Shown: positions 31,997 to 41,098 of the stretch, piece after piece
Layout: each line of letters starts with the position of its first letter
Position numbering within the stretch: position 1 is the stretch's first letter
From: a phage
NCBI GenBank assembly: GCA_027262695.1
Contig: GCA_027262695.1_4722.1
DNA length: 64,000 nucleotides
Reading direction: 5' to 3' (one strand)
Notes under the pieces: model-generated
Database searches by the model: none
What the model was told of the DNA's origin: nothing
Seen by the model: the letters and a program-made list of their open reading frames with translations, nothing else
Translations under genes and position numbers: made by a program

Positions 31997-33451
31997 ATGA
32001 AAATCAAACAAAGCTGGAAAGACGAATTACTTGCATTAGTTAACAGCAAAAACAGTTTACAACTGACATTAGACGACGTAAAGTTTGAATTAACCGAACC
32101 GGTAAGCGAAGTGCCCGGAACGGTCGTTGTTACAATCAAACCGAACGATAATAGTCGCTACTTTAACGAGCAGTCTCTGACCTACGTCCGTCGAGACATT
32201 GCTAAAAACTTCACCGGGATTCCGTTACGGGTTATCGTTAAGCAAGATACCGCTGTAAGGGATATCATCAATACGATTGCTGAACGTTACGGATTGGTAT
32301 TTGACACAACCGTCGACTTCCTCGAATCAGAGCTGAATAAACAAATTACTTTCGCAGACACCGGTATTAAAGACGTTACTGTTCCGGTTGCAAACACGTC
32401 TTATGTTTGGGCTGGTAATCTTCAGTTCAATATTGCGAACGATACGTTAAGCTTGATTACTATCATCAAGAAAACCAATCTTACGAATCTGGTTTATCTG
32501 GATGGTGTTGAAGCTGACACATCGGGGTCGTTACTGTTAGCCACCACAGCACTTGTTAACGATAGCGTAAATAAGCCGATGGTTGAAAACGAAGATATCG
32601 TCGATGAATTCTACAACGTTCTTAATGCTCTAGCCAAATATGGTGACATAACTGGCGATGAATTAAATGCCGCCTTACATGCGTACGATGCAGCAGAAAA
32701 CAGGAATAAAACCACGGTAATAACTCTTGGTGATATCCAGTGTGTTGCAACAGAAAAAGACGATTGGGAAATTGGACGTTTACGCGGTCAGATGGTTCTC
32801 GCGCTCAAATCCGATAAACAACCTGAGCGCGAGAACACGTTAAGGTTGTTTACGAATGGCGGTGACGTCTCACTAACGTTAAACACAATGAAAGATATCA
32901 GTATCGATTGGGGTGATGGGAATAAAGTAACGTTGGATGCTGAAGAAAGATACGCGCACCACACATACGCCGACAATAACCAGTACCAAATCGAAATTGT
33001 GTCTCGTACGGACCCAGATGTGCTGCGACCAAATTATATTTCTGGGAGTGAGATAACCGAAGTAATTCACTGGGCTACTACTTCAACAATAGCTCTGAAT
33101 TTTGTTGGATGCGATAATTTAGCGACTGTTCCAGATGAGATCCCAACTTCGTGGACAACGTTGGACAGCATGTTTGAAAGTTGTACGAATTTGAATGATC
33201 CGTCTATCTCTAACTGGAATACAAGTAACATCACATCAATGAATGGTATGTTCGGCGGATGCACTAAATTTAACCAACCTTTAGCTGCCTGGGATGTCAG
33301 CTCAGTAACTGACATTGGTGGTATGTTTGTCGGATGTGACAGTTTTAACCAAGATTTAAGTGGGTGGCGATTACCGTCAGGAGTAAACCACACCAATTAC
33401 GATGATGGTGCTTTCTCGTGGCAGACGGAACATAAACCGACATTCCAGTAA
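31997..33451 (+). CDS. DUF285/BspA-like repeat protein
   Basis: C-terminal repeats FESCTNLNDPSISNWNTSNITSMNGMF / GGCTKFNQPLAAWDVSSVTDIGGMF / VGCDSFNQDLSGW. Confidence 0.6.
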   Translation: MKIKQSWKDELLALVNSKNSLQLTLDDVKFELTEPVSEVPGTVVVTIKPNDNSRYFNEQSLTYVRRDIAKNFTGIPLRVIVKQDTAVRDIINTIAERYGLVFDTTVDFLESELNKQITFADTGIKDVTVPVANTSYVWAGNLQFNIANDTLSLITIIKKTNLTNLVYLDGVEADTSGSLLLATTALVNDSVNKPMVENEDIVDEFYNVLNALAKYGDITGDELNAALHAYDAAENRNKTTVITLGDIQCVATEKDDWEIGRLRGQMVLALKSDKQPERENTLRLFTNGGDVSLTLNTMKDISIDWGDGNKVTLDAEERYAHHTYADNNQYQIEIVSRTDPDVLRPNYISGSEITEVIHWATTSTIALNFVGCDNLATVPDEIPTSWTTLDSMFESCTNLNDPSISNWNTSNITSMNGMFGGCTKFNQPLAAWDVSSVTDIGGMFVGCDSFNQDLSGWRLPSGVNHTNYDDGAFSWQTEHKPTFQ

Positions 33452-33470
33452 AAAAAAATAGTTAGCATAA

Positions 33471-33503
33471 CTTCCTCCCTACCCATAACGGGCGGGGAGG
33501 AAG
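33471..33503. terminator. bidirectional terminator hairpin between convergent genes
   Basis: CTTCCTCCC...GGGAGGAAG flanked by A9 run (33451-33459) and GTTTATG. Confidence 0.6.
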
Positions 33504-33520
33504 GTTTATGTGGTTATGAC

Positions 33521-33859
33521 TTAGAACCAGAGTTCTTTCATGAAGTAGGCTTCCATATCGTAAATAAGCCACTCATCTGGGATTTCTAAAGGATCGTCTT
33601 CGGTTAAGGTGAGCATGTGCAGGGCGAACGCACGCTTAATATCTTCCAACAGCTTATCATCACCGTAACCTTCGGGTAGTTTACGGTCAACCAGCTGGGT
33701 TTGTTTATAGACATCGCGGAACGCTTCAGGATTATGTTTATCCATCGGGAATTGTTCAGCAGCCTGAACCATCGAAAGCGTCCAGCTTACAACATTGTAA
33801 CGCTCACCGTTAATTTCACTGAACTTATCATCGATTAAACAGATTTGTTGTATATTCAT
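33521..33859 (-). CDS. hypothetical protein
   Basis: 112-aa ORF. Confidence 0.45.
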   Translation of the reverse strand: MNIQQICLIDDKFSEINGERYNVVSWTLSMVQAAEQFPMDKHNPEAFRDVYKQTQLVDRKLPEGYGDDKLLEDIKRAFALHMLTLTEDDPLEIPDEWLIYDMEAYFMKELWF

Positions 33860-34749
33860 ACATTTTCTCCATTCTTATCTTGGCCGCAATCACACTCTTC
33901 GGTGTCTTTCTTACTTAAACGTAAGACACCGAGTGCGGCATGCTTGAGTTCTTGCAAAGCGCTTTTCAGCTGACCTTCTTCATCGAAATCAAAATACTTC
34001 TCGTTGTAGCTTAATGCTGGAATCATATTTACGAGAGGTTCGATGGCAGGCATCAGCATCTCAATCACAACCTTAGGATCAACGAAACGTTCGAACCCTT
34101 CAGGAAGTTTACTGGTGATAACTTTGTCGTTCTTGATGAAGAATTTATTCTTGAACAGATCGTCAAGGATAGCATTCTCTTCATCGGTACGTTCAGCGTA
34201 AGGCCGATCGATCATCTGTACGAAAACACCGTTAAGGGCTTCAGGCATTGCGGGGTTCTCACGAAGGTTAAACCCTGCTGGGATTTCGATATCGATCTTC
34301 GCCCAGTCGATAACCTGATGGTCTCGCGTATAGATGACGTCAACCTCCCACGCCAAGCCATCGGTACCTTCTACGGTATAACGTGTTTTAGCTTGACCTT
34401 CTGGTGCCATACGCTCGATAGCATCGAACATCTCGACCGGAATTTCCACTTCGCTTTCCATGGCATCCCCTGGACCGCGATAAACCTTCGTGGTCATGAA
34501 GTACTTCGGTTCTTCGTTGTCGATCTGGATTGCTCGAGCACGTACCTGGCCTTTAACACCACCCACCGACGTGTTATCGTACAACCACTGGTGTTGCACC
34601 ATGTGTTCAATTTTCGTGGCGTTCTGACGTAGGATATCTACACCGTCTTCAGCCAGTTTACCAAAGAAGACCAGCTCACGTTCCTGCTGTGTCTCTCCGC
34701 TCAACATCATTAAATTGGCGATTTGTCTCACGCCTTTTACTTTCGACAT
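33856..34749 (-). CDS. hypothetical protein
   Basis: 297-aa ORF. Confidence 0.5.
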   Translation of the reverse strand: MSKVKGVRQIANLMMLSGETQQERELVFFGKLAEDGVDILRQNATKIEHMVQHQWLYDNTSVGGVKGQVRARAIQIDNEEPKYFMTTKVYRGPGDAMESEVEIPVEMFDAIERMAPEGQAKTRYTVEGTDGLAWEVDVIYTRDHQVIDWAKIDIEIPAGFNLRENPAMPEALNGVFVQMIDRPYAERTDEENAILDDLFKNKFFIKNDKVITSKLPEGFERFVDPKVVIEMLMPAIEPLVNMIPALSYNEKYFDFDEEGQLKSALQELKHAALGVLRLSKKDTEECDCGQDKNGENV

Positions 34750-34797
34750 ACATGCTCCGGTTACAAGGGCTTCATCGGAAGCCCTTCTGCTTTAATA

Positions 34798-37059
34798 TTA
34801 CAATTCGAAATCTTCATCGATAACGCGTTGGGTTAGCACCTTGTCGCTGAAGAACTCCACCTTACGTTGATGGTATTTCCGATGTGCTTCAATCGACGTA
34901 CACACCAGATACCAGAACGTGGGTGTCATACCCTCGAACTTCCCTTTCAGCTGACGTAGTCGACCTAACACCTGAATGTTACCAGTTCTCGACCCCATCG
35001 CTAACGTCATGAACGTCATCACCAAGTCAGGAAGATCGATTCCTGTACCAGCCGATTTCACCGTTGTCACACTGATATCATTATCCAGTAACACCATGAA
35101 ATCTTCTTCAGCGGTATAAGGACCTATCTCCAACTCAGGGATACGTTCACTTAAGTAATGCGATAACGACTTGCACATATCAACGGTTGCACAATACACC
35201 AACATCTTCATGCCTTCCTGATATTGGTTCATGAAACCTTTGATAATAACCGTATAGATAAAGTTGAAATAGGCGAGTTTGAGTTGCTTATTCTTCATGA
35301 TAGACTGTTCGAATACCGTGTGAGAATAAGAACCTCCAAAGCCTTTGTATCGGACTTTATCCGTACTGCGTAGTCGATACGTCACCGCATTTACCGCGAT
35401 GTATTTCTTGTATTCACATTTCGCATAACGTGCTTCTTTCGGATACATCAAATACAGCATCCGCTCGATGAACGGATCGTCAGACACCGCCGTTGCCGAC
35501 AGATAAATGATTTCCGGAATATTCGCGTAACACTTCACTTTGAACAAGAAATGCAGAGCTTCGTGACATTCATCGTGGATTAACAATCCAATGCCTGTTT
35601 TCTCCCAGAACTCGACTGGATGGAAAACATAAGGTGCGACACAGTTGTTCTTTTCATAATCGGTTATATAACGCTGAAACATGTTCAGTGAGAATAACGC
35701 AATTTTGAAATCCAACTCACCTTGTTCTACCAGCGTCTGAAATTCCAACATGCTGTAACGAGGAATGTCGGGATGCGGTGGGTCAGACTGGGCTGTACCA
35801 CGTATCTCGATAACATCACCTGGTTCCATACCGAAGAAACTTAGCAGTGAGCTACGCCATCCAGGCATGTACCTCGGTGACAGAATGATGCCCGTCCGTA
35901 CACCACGTCGGAAGGTGATCTCCTGCGACATTGCGGTGTTGTGCGTGACGATATGGTCTTTAATAACATAAAGGCTTTCGTCGTTGTCCACCGTGATGCA
36001 ACGTGCCTTCGCTTTCACCGTCGGCACGATGCCGCCAATCGCTAAACCAGGAAGCGTGTTAACGGGAAGATCATCTGGAATCTCAATGCCGTCAGGAATA
36101 AGCTTAAGCAAATCGGAATGGTAAATTAATGTCTCCATCGTGTAACTATTGATGGGGCATTTATACGCGATTCCCCCTAACCGATAAGCCAACTCCCAGA
36201 CCTCGGTCATTATCTGCGAATCGGTGGTTCTGACCGCAAGGTGAGCCCACCCTTCTTCAACACGCAGTACGCAACGATCTTTGATGAGTTCTCTGAAACG
36301 ATCAAGACCCACGAGTTCTTTCGGTTCGTAAAGTCGGATTCTTACCGGACGAGATCGTGACGATCTGTCATTAAGACGTTCCATGATTTCACTCGTGCTG
36401 AGCACCTTGTCAGGATCCGTGCATTGCCAGAGATGATCACCACACGCTTCAACCATTCGTCCATCTTCAAAGAAGACAGCGTAAAGCTGAATATCGTCAT
36501 GATCAAAGATAGCAGTTACGTTCGTCGGTAAACCATCCGCGCCGATGACCTCATCACCCACCTGGAGCTCACCAATCGGCTTCCAACCGCTTGGAACCTT
36601 AACGGGTGTATGGAGAGCCAATGCTTTCCCAGACCCCGTGCCTGCGGTGTTTAGGCTCATTCTGAAAGGGGTATCCTTACCCCCATCCATGTACTCCAAC
36701 CATTCTTGCTGATCTTCACGCCACGGAAACTTCCAGTTCTTCACAAACTCCACTTCCTTACCTGGAACCGGATCGTGGTAAACGATTTCCAACCACTCCT
36801 TTCGAATTCCTCGAGAAAAGATAAAATCCAAAAACGACTTCAGCTGTTCACGAAGTAAGTAGACCTCGCTATAATCGCTTCTTGCTGCGGCGTAGGTGTT
36901 GATGGTATCGGTGACCATTCTCCGTGTACGAGGGTCGCGTCGTTTCCGTAGATGCAAACAACGGTCTCGAAGGTAATGGCCAATCAAATGGGCAAATCGA
37001 AGTCCGTATCCGCTCAGCTTCATGCCATGCGAGAAGACGTCGATACGAGCTAACTTCAT
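34798..37059 (-). CDS. SF2 DExH helicase interrupted by an intein in motif I
   Basis: Motif I TAGTGSGK|...|T, motif II LIHDECHEA, motif VI TVKSAGTGIDLPDL; 229-aa insert between K145 and T375. Confidence 0.75.
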   Translation of the reverse strand: MKLARIDVFSHGMKLSGYGLRFAHLIGHYLRDRCLHLRKRRDPRTRRMVTDTINTYAAARSDYSEVYLLREQLKSFLDFIFSRGIRKEWLEIVYHDPVPGKEVEFVKNWKFPWREDQQEWLEYMDGGKDTPFRMSLNTAGTGSGKALALHTPVKVPSGWKPIGELQVGDEVIGADGLPTNVTAIFDHDDIQLYAVFFEDGRMVEACGDHLWQCTDPDKVLSTSEIMERLNDRSSRSRPVRIRLYEPKELVGLDRFRELIKDRCVLRVEEGWAHLAVRTTDSQIMTEVWELAYRLGGIAYKCPINSYTMETLIYHSDLLKLIPDGIEIPDDLPVNTLPGLAIGGIVPTVKAKARCITVDNDESLYVIKDHIVTHNTAMSQEITFRRGVRTGIILSPRYMPGWRSSLLSFFGMEPGDVIEIRGTAQSDPPHPDIPRYSMLEFQTLVEQGELDFKIALFSLNMFQRYITDYEKNNCVAPYVFHPVEFWEKTGIGLLIHDECHEALHFLFKVKCYANIPEIIYLSATAVSDDPFIERMLYLMYPKEARYAKCEYKKYIAVNAVTYRLRSTDKVRYKGFGGSYSHTVFEQSIMKNKQLKLAYFNFIYTVIIKGFMNQYQEGMKMLVYCATVDMCKSLSHYLSERIPELEIGPYTAEEDFMVLLDNDISVTTVKSAGTGIDLPDLVMTFMTLAMGSRTGNIQVLGRLRQLKGKFEGMTPTFWYLVCTSIEAHRKYHQRKVEFFSDKVLTQRVIDEDFEL
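35938..36624 (-). mobile_element. mini-intein (class-3-like: Ala1, W-C-T motif)
   Basis: Starts ALALHTPVKV...VGDEVIGADG, block B GRMVEACGDHLW (W at B:12), block F RCITVDN, ends IVTHN followed by Thr; removal restores GSGKT. Confidence 0.7.
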
Positions 37060-39095
37060 AACGTGATTACATCCTCCGGTTTAGGTTCTTTACGCGGTAG
37101 AAGCATGTAGTCGATCGGATGATCTGGCTTCATGGTTGGGATATAACTGTTCGGGTTTTGGAACGCATCCAGTTGCTCTTGGTGAGCGAACTTCATACTC
37201 AAGGAGCGCATGTTCATGTTCTTCTTGAAGGTACTGAAATAACGAGTCGTTCCCTGTTTCGGCATGCGGTAATCTTTCGTGTGTGGTGAACGAATCATAC
37301 TCGCGTAGAGAATAACGTCCAGATGCGATAGATTCATTCGTAAACGTTGCGCACACAGACGATGCCAATAATACAGTACGTTGGCTACTTCTTCTGGTGT
37401 CGCTTCATCTTCCGAAAGGAATCCTGCACTGAACGAACCTTTCCCGAATTTGAATTCACGTTCGATTTCTTTTGCGTATTCCATCATGTTTTTATGGATG
37501 AGTGGCATCTGGAATAGCGTCCGTGAATTGTCCCAATGTTTCAAGTCGAAGATCACAATCCCGTCTGCTGTTACTTCCCAGCTATGGCGTTTGAGATAAC
37601 GGATAAACGCTTTGCTTGGTACAACAGGACGTCCACAGAAATCGAAATTGACTTTGAGTTTACGGTAGCTCTCATCTTTCCTGTCGTAAATCTCCATATC
37701 GCAAAGCGTCATGTTGAACAGACGTTGCGGGATAAGCGAACTGATCTCTTCCGCTTCAGCTACATCGTACAACATGTTCGCCAGACCGAGTTTCATCTTA
37801 ATCAGCACGTGTTTGCCTTTCAGCTCACGGGCTAATTTGATGTCGTTCATGTTCTGGCTGTAACGAAGGATATGTTGATATTCCGGCGGGATTGGTGACG
37901 TAGACACGGTGGACGAACCATCGTGATGTTTGGTCGAAAGAATGTTCTGGGTAACCTGTTGTGAACCTGTACGTGCTGAGCAGTCTCCGATGTTGTCGGT
38001 CAATGCAAAGTTATGGCTTAATTCACCATAGCACGTTGTACAGACACCAGCAGGATCAGAATGATGACAGTAACAAACGGAACGCATGTTCACAATGGTA
38101 CCGATCAATTCTTTCATGTGAGGCTGTATCGACAACAGCGAACCATCTTCACGTAAGATGAATCGACCGTGGAAACCTTTAAGATCGGTTTCATCACGTA
38201 TCGGCATCGGAATGGTTTCTCTGCTTCCACAGTCACCAGGGTGCAGACGCTGTACAACCGCCGTTGCGATTTGCAGCTCACGTCCGAAATATTCTGACTT
38301 CTTAATCTGCTCCTTGTTGAACAACAATGATTTTGCCGCAGAGCGACTTTCTTTCAAACTGTCTGGAAGCGAGATCAAGCCTGCTGCATACGACCGCATC
38401 ACTGGGTCACGGAAGATCTCCGAGTTGATATCGGTTAAGAAGCCACGCATCCCAATACACTGCAATACCTGTCCGATCGATACGTGTTCGGTTCTTACCG
38501 CACGTGCGATAGGGTTGGCATGCAATGTTTTATCGGTACTTAAAACTTTTGTTAGTTTCTTGTATGCGCTCTCAATACCTTCGCGGGTGGGTTCCGCTTC
38601 AGCGATGATTTTCTTCACTTCGGGATGTACGGTAATCTGATAAAAATCATCCGCACAGATGGTCGTTACGTATTCCTCCAACGCATACGTAAAGAAGTTA
38701 TAAACGTGGTTAAACATATCGAACAACGCTTTCCAGAGAACCTCACGATTCTCTTGCGGATACGCATACATGCATTGACGATAGGCTGCGCTTTGTAATG
38801 CAACGGAAGAACCTGCCGTAAACTTGCGTTTATCCACCAGGTTCTCTTTCGTTAACGGTGTCTCAGGATACATGCGATGTAAAGACCAATGCATGTAGCT
38901 AAAGAAAATGCGTCGCGCACGCAATTCATGAACACCATCGTCCATCTCGATATACACACGGTCATTAGGCTGTGCCCACTCGAACACCTCATCAACCGGC
39001 CAATGCATAAGCTCTCGCGCCCGTACACGGCGTTTCGTGGTGATCGTCTGTACTGTATTCATTATTTTTACTTTCCGATTAAGTGGTTTTATCAT
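37056..39095 (-). CDS. RNA polymerase beta-prime-like subunit, C-terminal part
   Basis: SVCYCHHSDPAGVCTTCYG...IGDCSARTGSQQVTQNILSTKHHDG aligns with beta-prime zinc site and trigger loop (CDTDFGVCAHCYG...SIGEPGTQLTMRTFHIGG). Confidence 0.55.
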   Translation of the reverse strand: MIKPLNRKVKIMNTVQTITTKRRVRARELMHWPVDEVFEWAQPNDRVYIEMDDGVHELRARRIFFSYMHWSLHRMYPETPLTKENLVDKRKFTAGSSVALQSAAYRQCMYAYPQENREVLWKALFDMFNHVYNFFTYALEEYVTTICADDFYQITVHPEVKKIIAEAEPTREGIESAYKKLTKVLSTDKTLHANPIARAVRTEHVSIGQVLQCIGMRGFLTDINSEIFRDPVMRSYAAGLISLPDSLKESRSAAKSLLFNKEQIKKSEYFGRELQIATAVVQRLHPGDCGSRETIPMPIRDETDLKGFHGRFILREDGSLLSIQPHMKELIGTIVNMRSVCYCHHSDPAGVCTTCYGELSHNFALTDNIGDCSARTGSQQVTQNILSTKHHDGSSTVSTSPIPPEYQHILRYSQNMNDIKLARELKGKHVLIKMKLGLANMLYDVAEAEEISSLIPQRLFNMTLCDMEIYDRKDESYRKLKVNFDFCGRPVVPSKAFIRYLKRHSWEVTADGIVIFDLKHWDNSRTLFQMPLIHKNMMEYAKEIEREFKFGKGSFSAGFLSEDEATPEEVANVLYYWHRLCAQRLRMNLSHLDVILYASMIRSPHTKDYRMPKQGTTRYFSTFKKNMNMRSLSMKFAHQEQLDAFQNPNSYIPTMKPDHPIDYMLLPRKEPKPEDVITL

Positions 39096-39170
39096 ACAGT
39101 GTATTCATTCCGTTGGAATTTACTCCGGGAGTCCCTTCCCTTAGGTTATATAGGTGTTAATATATCTCGG

Positions 39171-39656
39171 TTATCCTGCTTTCTTCTGAAGGCTATAAGG
39201 ATCCATCGCATCGGAGCGGTCGGCAACGATGGTAAGAATGAAGCCTTTTATCTGTCTCACTTCGGTAACCCGGAGTCCCCTATCGTTACGATAAACATTT
39301 TCTTCGCCGACCAGTTTTGGTCGAATAACATAAACCCCATCAACGAACGGAAACGTTGAATACGGATAAATACCAATACGAATAATATTCGGATGATCAC
39401 CTCGAGGGTCACGTCCAAACACATCAACTCTACCGTAAATCGTGCCGTCCGCACCTTCCACTTCAATAAGGTCGTTGCGAATATCCTGAAACAGTTGTTC
39501 TAAGGTCTCTGCGGGATATGTATAAGCGACGCCTAATGCAACATCCTCAATGGTCTTAACGCTAAATCCGTTAAGCCAAATAATCCGATCATCTGTCCAT
39601 GTTTCTTCATACGCTGTTAATCCGTCGCCGTATATGTTGGCGTGTGCTATCTCCAT
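39171..39656 (-). CDS. hypothetical protein
   Basis: 161-aa ORF. Confidence 0.45.
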   Translation of the reverse strand: MEIAHANIYGDGLTAYEETWTDDRIIWLNGFSVKTIEDVALGVAYTYPAETLEQLFQDIRNDLIEVEGADGTIYGRVDVFGRDPRGDHPNIIRIGIYPYSTFPFVDGVYVIRPKLVGEENVYRNDRGLRVTEVRQIKGFILTIVADRSDAMDPYSLQKKAG

Positions 39657-39760
39657 AATCTCATTTCCTCTTCTCTGTTAGGATAAATGACATGCTGGAT
39701 AACGTTGCCTTTGCATATATTGCTTTATTTCCGTCAGAAATAACGGAAAATAAAAACAAC

Positions 39761-39798
39761 GGCATAAACCCCTCCCACCACCACATGGGAGAGGGAGG
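39761..39798 (-). terminator. GC hairpin followed by GTTTATGCCG box
   Basis: Minus strand CCCTCCC...GGGAGGGG TTTATGCCGTTG. Confidence 0.55.
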
Positions 39799-39805
39799 GT
39801 GTATG

Positions 39806-40168
39806 TTATTCTACATTATCTTCTACGGCTTCGGATTCATCCGCTTCTGCGAAGCTTTCCTGAACCGCAGTGGTATCCCAGTTCGCTGCGTAATCAGCCA
39901 TGGCTTCGCGCAGCGCTTCTTCACCCGCATCACCAGCCAGGTCAAGTACAACCAACCCTTGTGCGACGTTCTGCGCTACGGTATCGATAACCGTTGCATC
40001 CTCTTCAAAGCTACGTACCGGTTCAATGGTACCAACATCAACAGCGTAGTTCGTGGTTGCGGTAAGGACAGCAACCTGTAATGCGTTGCTGTCTTCGTCA
40101 TGAAGTGCTGCTTCAATACCGATTGGACGGGCCAGTTCTTGCAGTGTCAATTTACGAATTAAGTTCAT
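39806..40168 (-). CDS. highly acidic small protein
   Basis: 120 aa, many D/E versus few K/R; shares GLVVLDLAGDAGEEAL-type motif with 40661..41098. Confidence 0.5.
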   Translation of the reverse strand: MNLIRKLTLQELARPIGIEAALHDEDSNALQVAVLTATTNYAVDVGTIEPVRSFEEDATVIDTVAQNVAQGLVVLDLAGDAGEEALREAMADYAANWDTTAVQESFAEADESEAVEDNVE

Positions 40169-40191
40169 TATGTCTTTTCCTCAGGTGAATG

Positions 40192-40542
40192 TTAGCAATC
40201 GTTTAAAACTTTTTCGATACGATGGTTGACAAGCTCATTGAACGACTCTTCTGCTTGTTCGATAATTTCATCAACGTCAATATCTAATCGTTGGGGTTGG
40301 ATGACGTGCTCTTTCATGGTTTCCAGCCAGTATTCGGCTTTAATCATGACGTTAACAACATGTTCAACCTGACTGCGTAGGTCGATAATCTGGCAATCAG
40401 GATTATTAATATCGATGACGTGTCCGTGGTGGTTGATAAACCCAAGCTTATTCGATGCTTTTACGGCATCGCGAGTAAGTTCTTGCAGGATTAACGCATT
40501 TACGTAATTCACTGCGACGGAACGATTTTCTTTATCACTCAT
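40192..40542 (-). CDS. hypothetical protein
   Basis: Start at ATG 40542 after AAAGAGGA (ORF track start 40620 abuts hairpin). Confidence 0.4.
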   Translation of the reverse strand: MSDKENRSVAVNYVNALILQELTRDAVKASNKLGFINHHGHVIDINNPDCQIIDLRSQVEHVVNVMIKAEYWLETMKEHVIQPQRLDIDVDEIIEQAEESFNELVNHRIEKVLNDC

Positions 40543-40610
40543 ACCAGGGATCCTCTTTAAGTGTTCACATTCTAGTGTTAAGCAGTTAAAATAAACCGTT
40601 CCTTTAATCA

Positions 40611-40649
40611 GCATAAACATCCTCCTCCCACCACACGGGCAGGAGGAGG
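40611..40649 (-). terminator. GC hairpin followed by GTTTATGCTG
   Basis: CCTCCTCCC...GGGAGGAGG then TGTTTATGC. Confidence 0.5.
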
Positions 40650-40660
40650 CGTAATATGCA

Positions 40661-41098
40661 TCAGAAAGGAGTACGGTTCTTATATTCGAATAGTGTCTGG
40701 AGGACGCATCGCGTTAACGCGTTTTGTAATTCGATACGTCCTTGTTCCCCTAACAGATCCAACACCATCATCCCTTTTGCTGTTTTCTCTGCCACTTCTT
40801 CACAAATCCGTAAATTGTACACATCATCGTCGTCAAGCTCCTTACGACGGTCAGAGCTGAAACGCATCAGCTCACCTTGACTATCACGAACATCAGCGAA
40901 TGCTTCATAGGCTGCATCAATGTTCGCAGAACGCGTCAAACCCTCCGCTTCGCGCCATTCTCGGTATGTACCATCAAGCGTTTGTTCCTCGCCTGAGGTT
41001 GTTGATTCACTGTTGGTGGTTGGGCGAATTAAATGGGGTGTTATCATCGCTATTACGCTATCGTAATGCTCCATCGTATACCTCGTTAGCTTTCGCAA
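40661..41098 (-). CDS. hypothetical acidic protein (paralog-like to 39806..40168)
   Basis: GMMVLDLLGEQGRIEL motif shared with 39806..40168. Confidence 0.45.
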   Translation of the reverse strand: MRKLTRYTMEHYDSVIAMITPHLIRPTTNSESTTSGEEQTLDGTYREWREAEGLTRSANIDAAYEAFADVRDSQGELMRFSSDRRKELDDDDVYNLRICEEVAEKTAKGMMVLDLLGEQGRIELQNALTRCVLQTLFEYKNRTPF

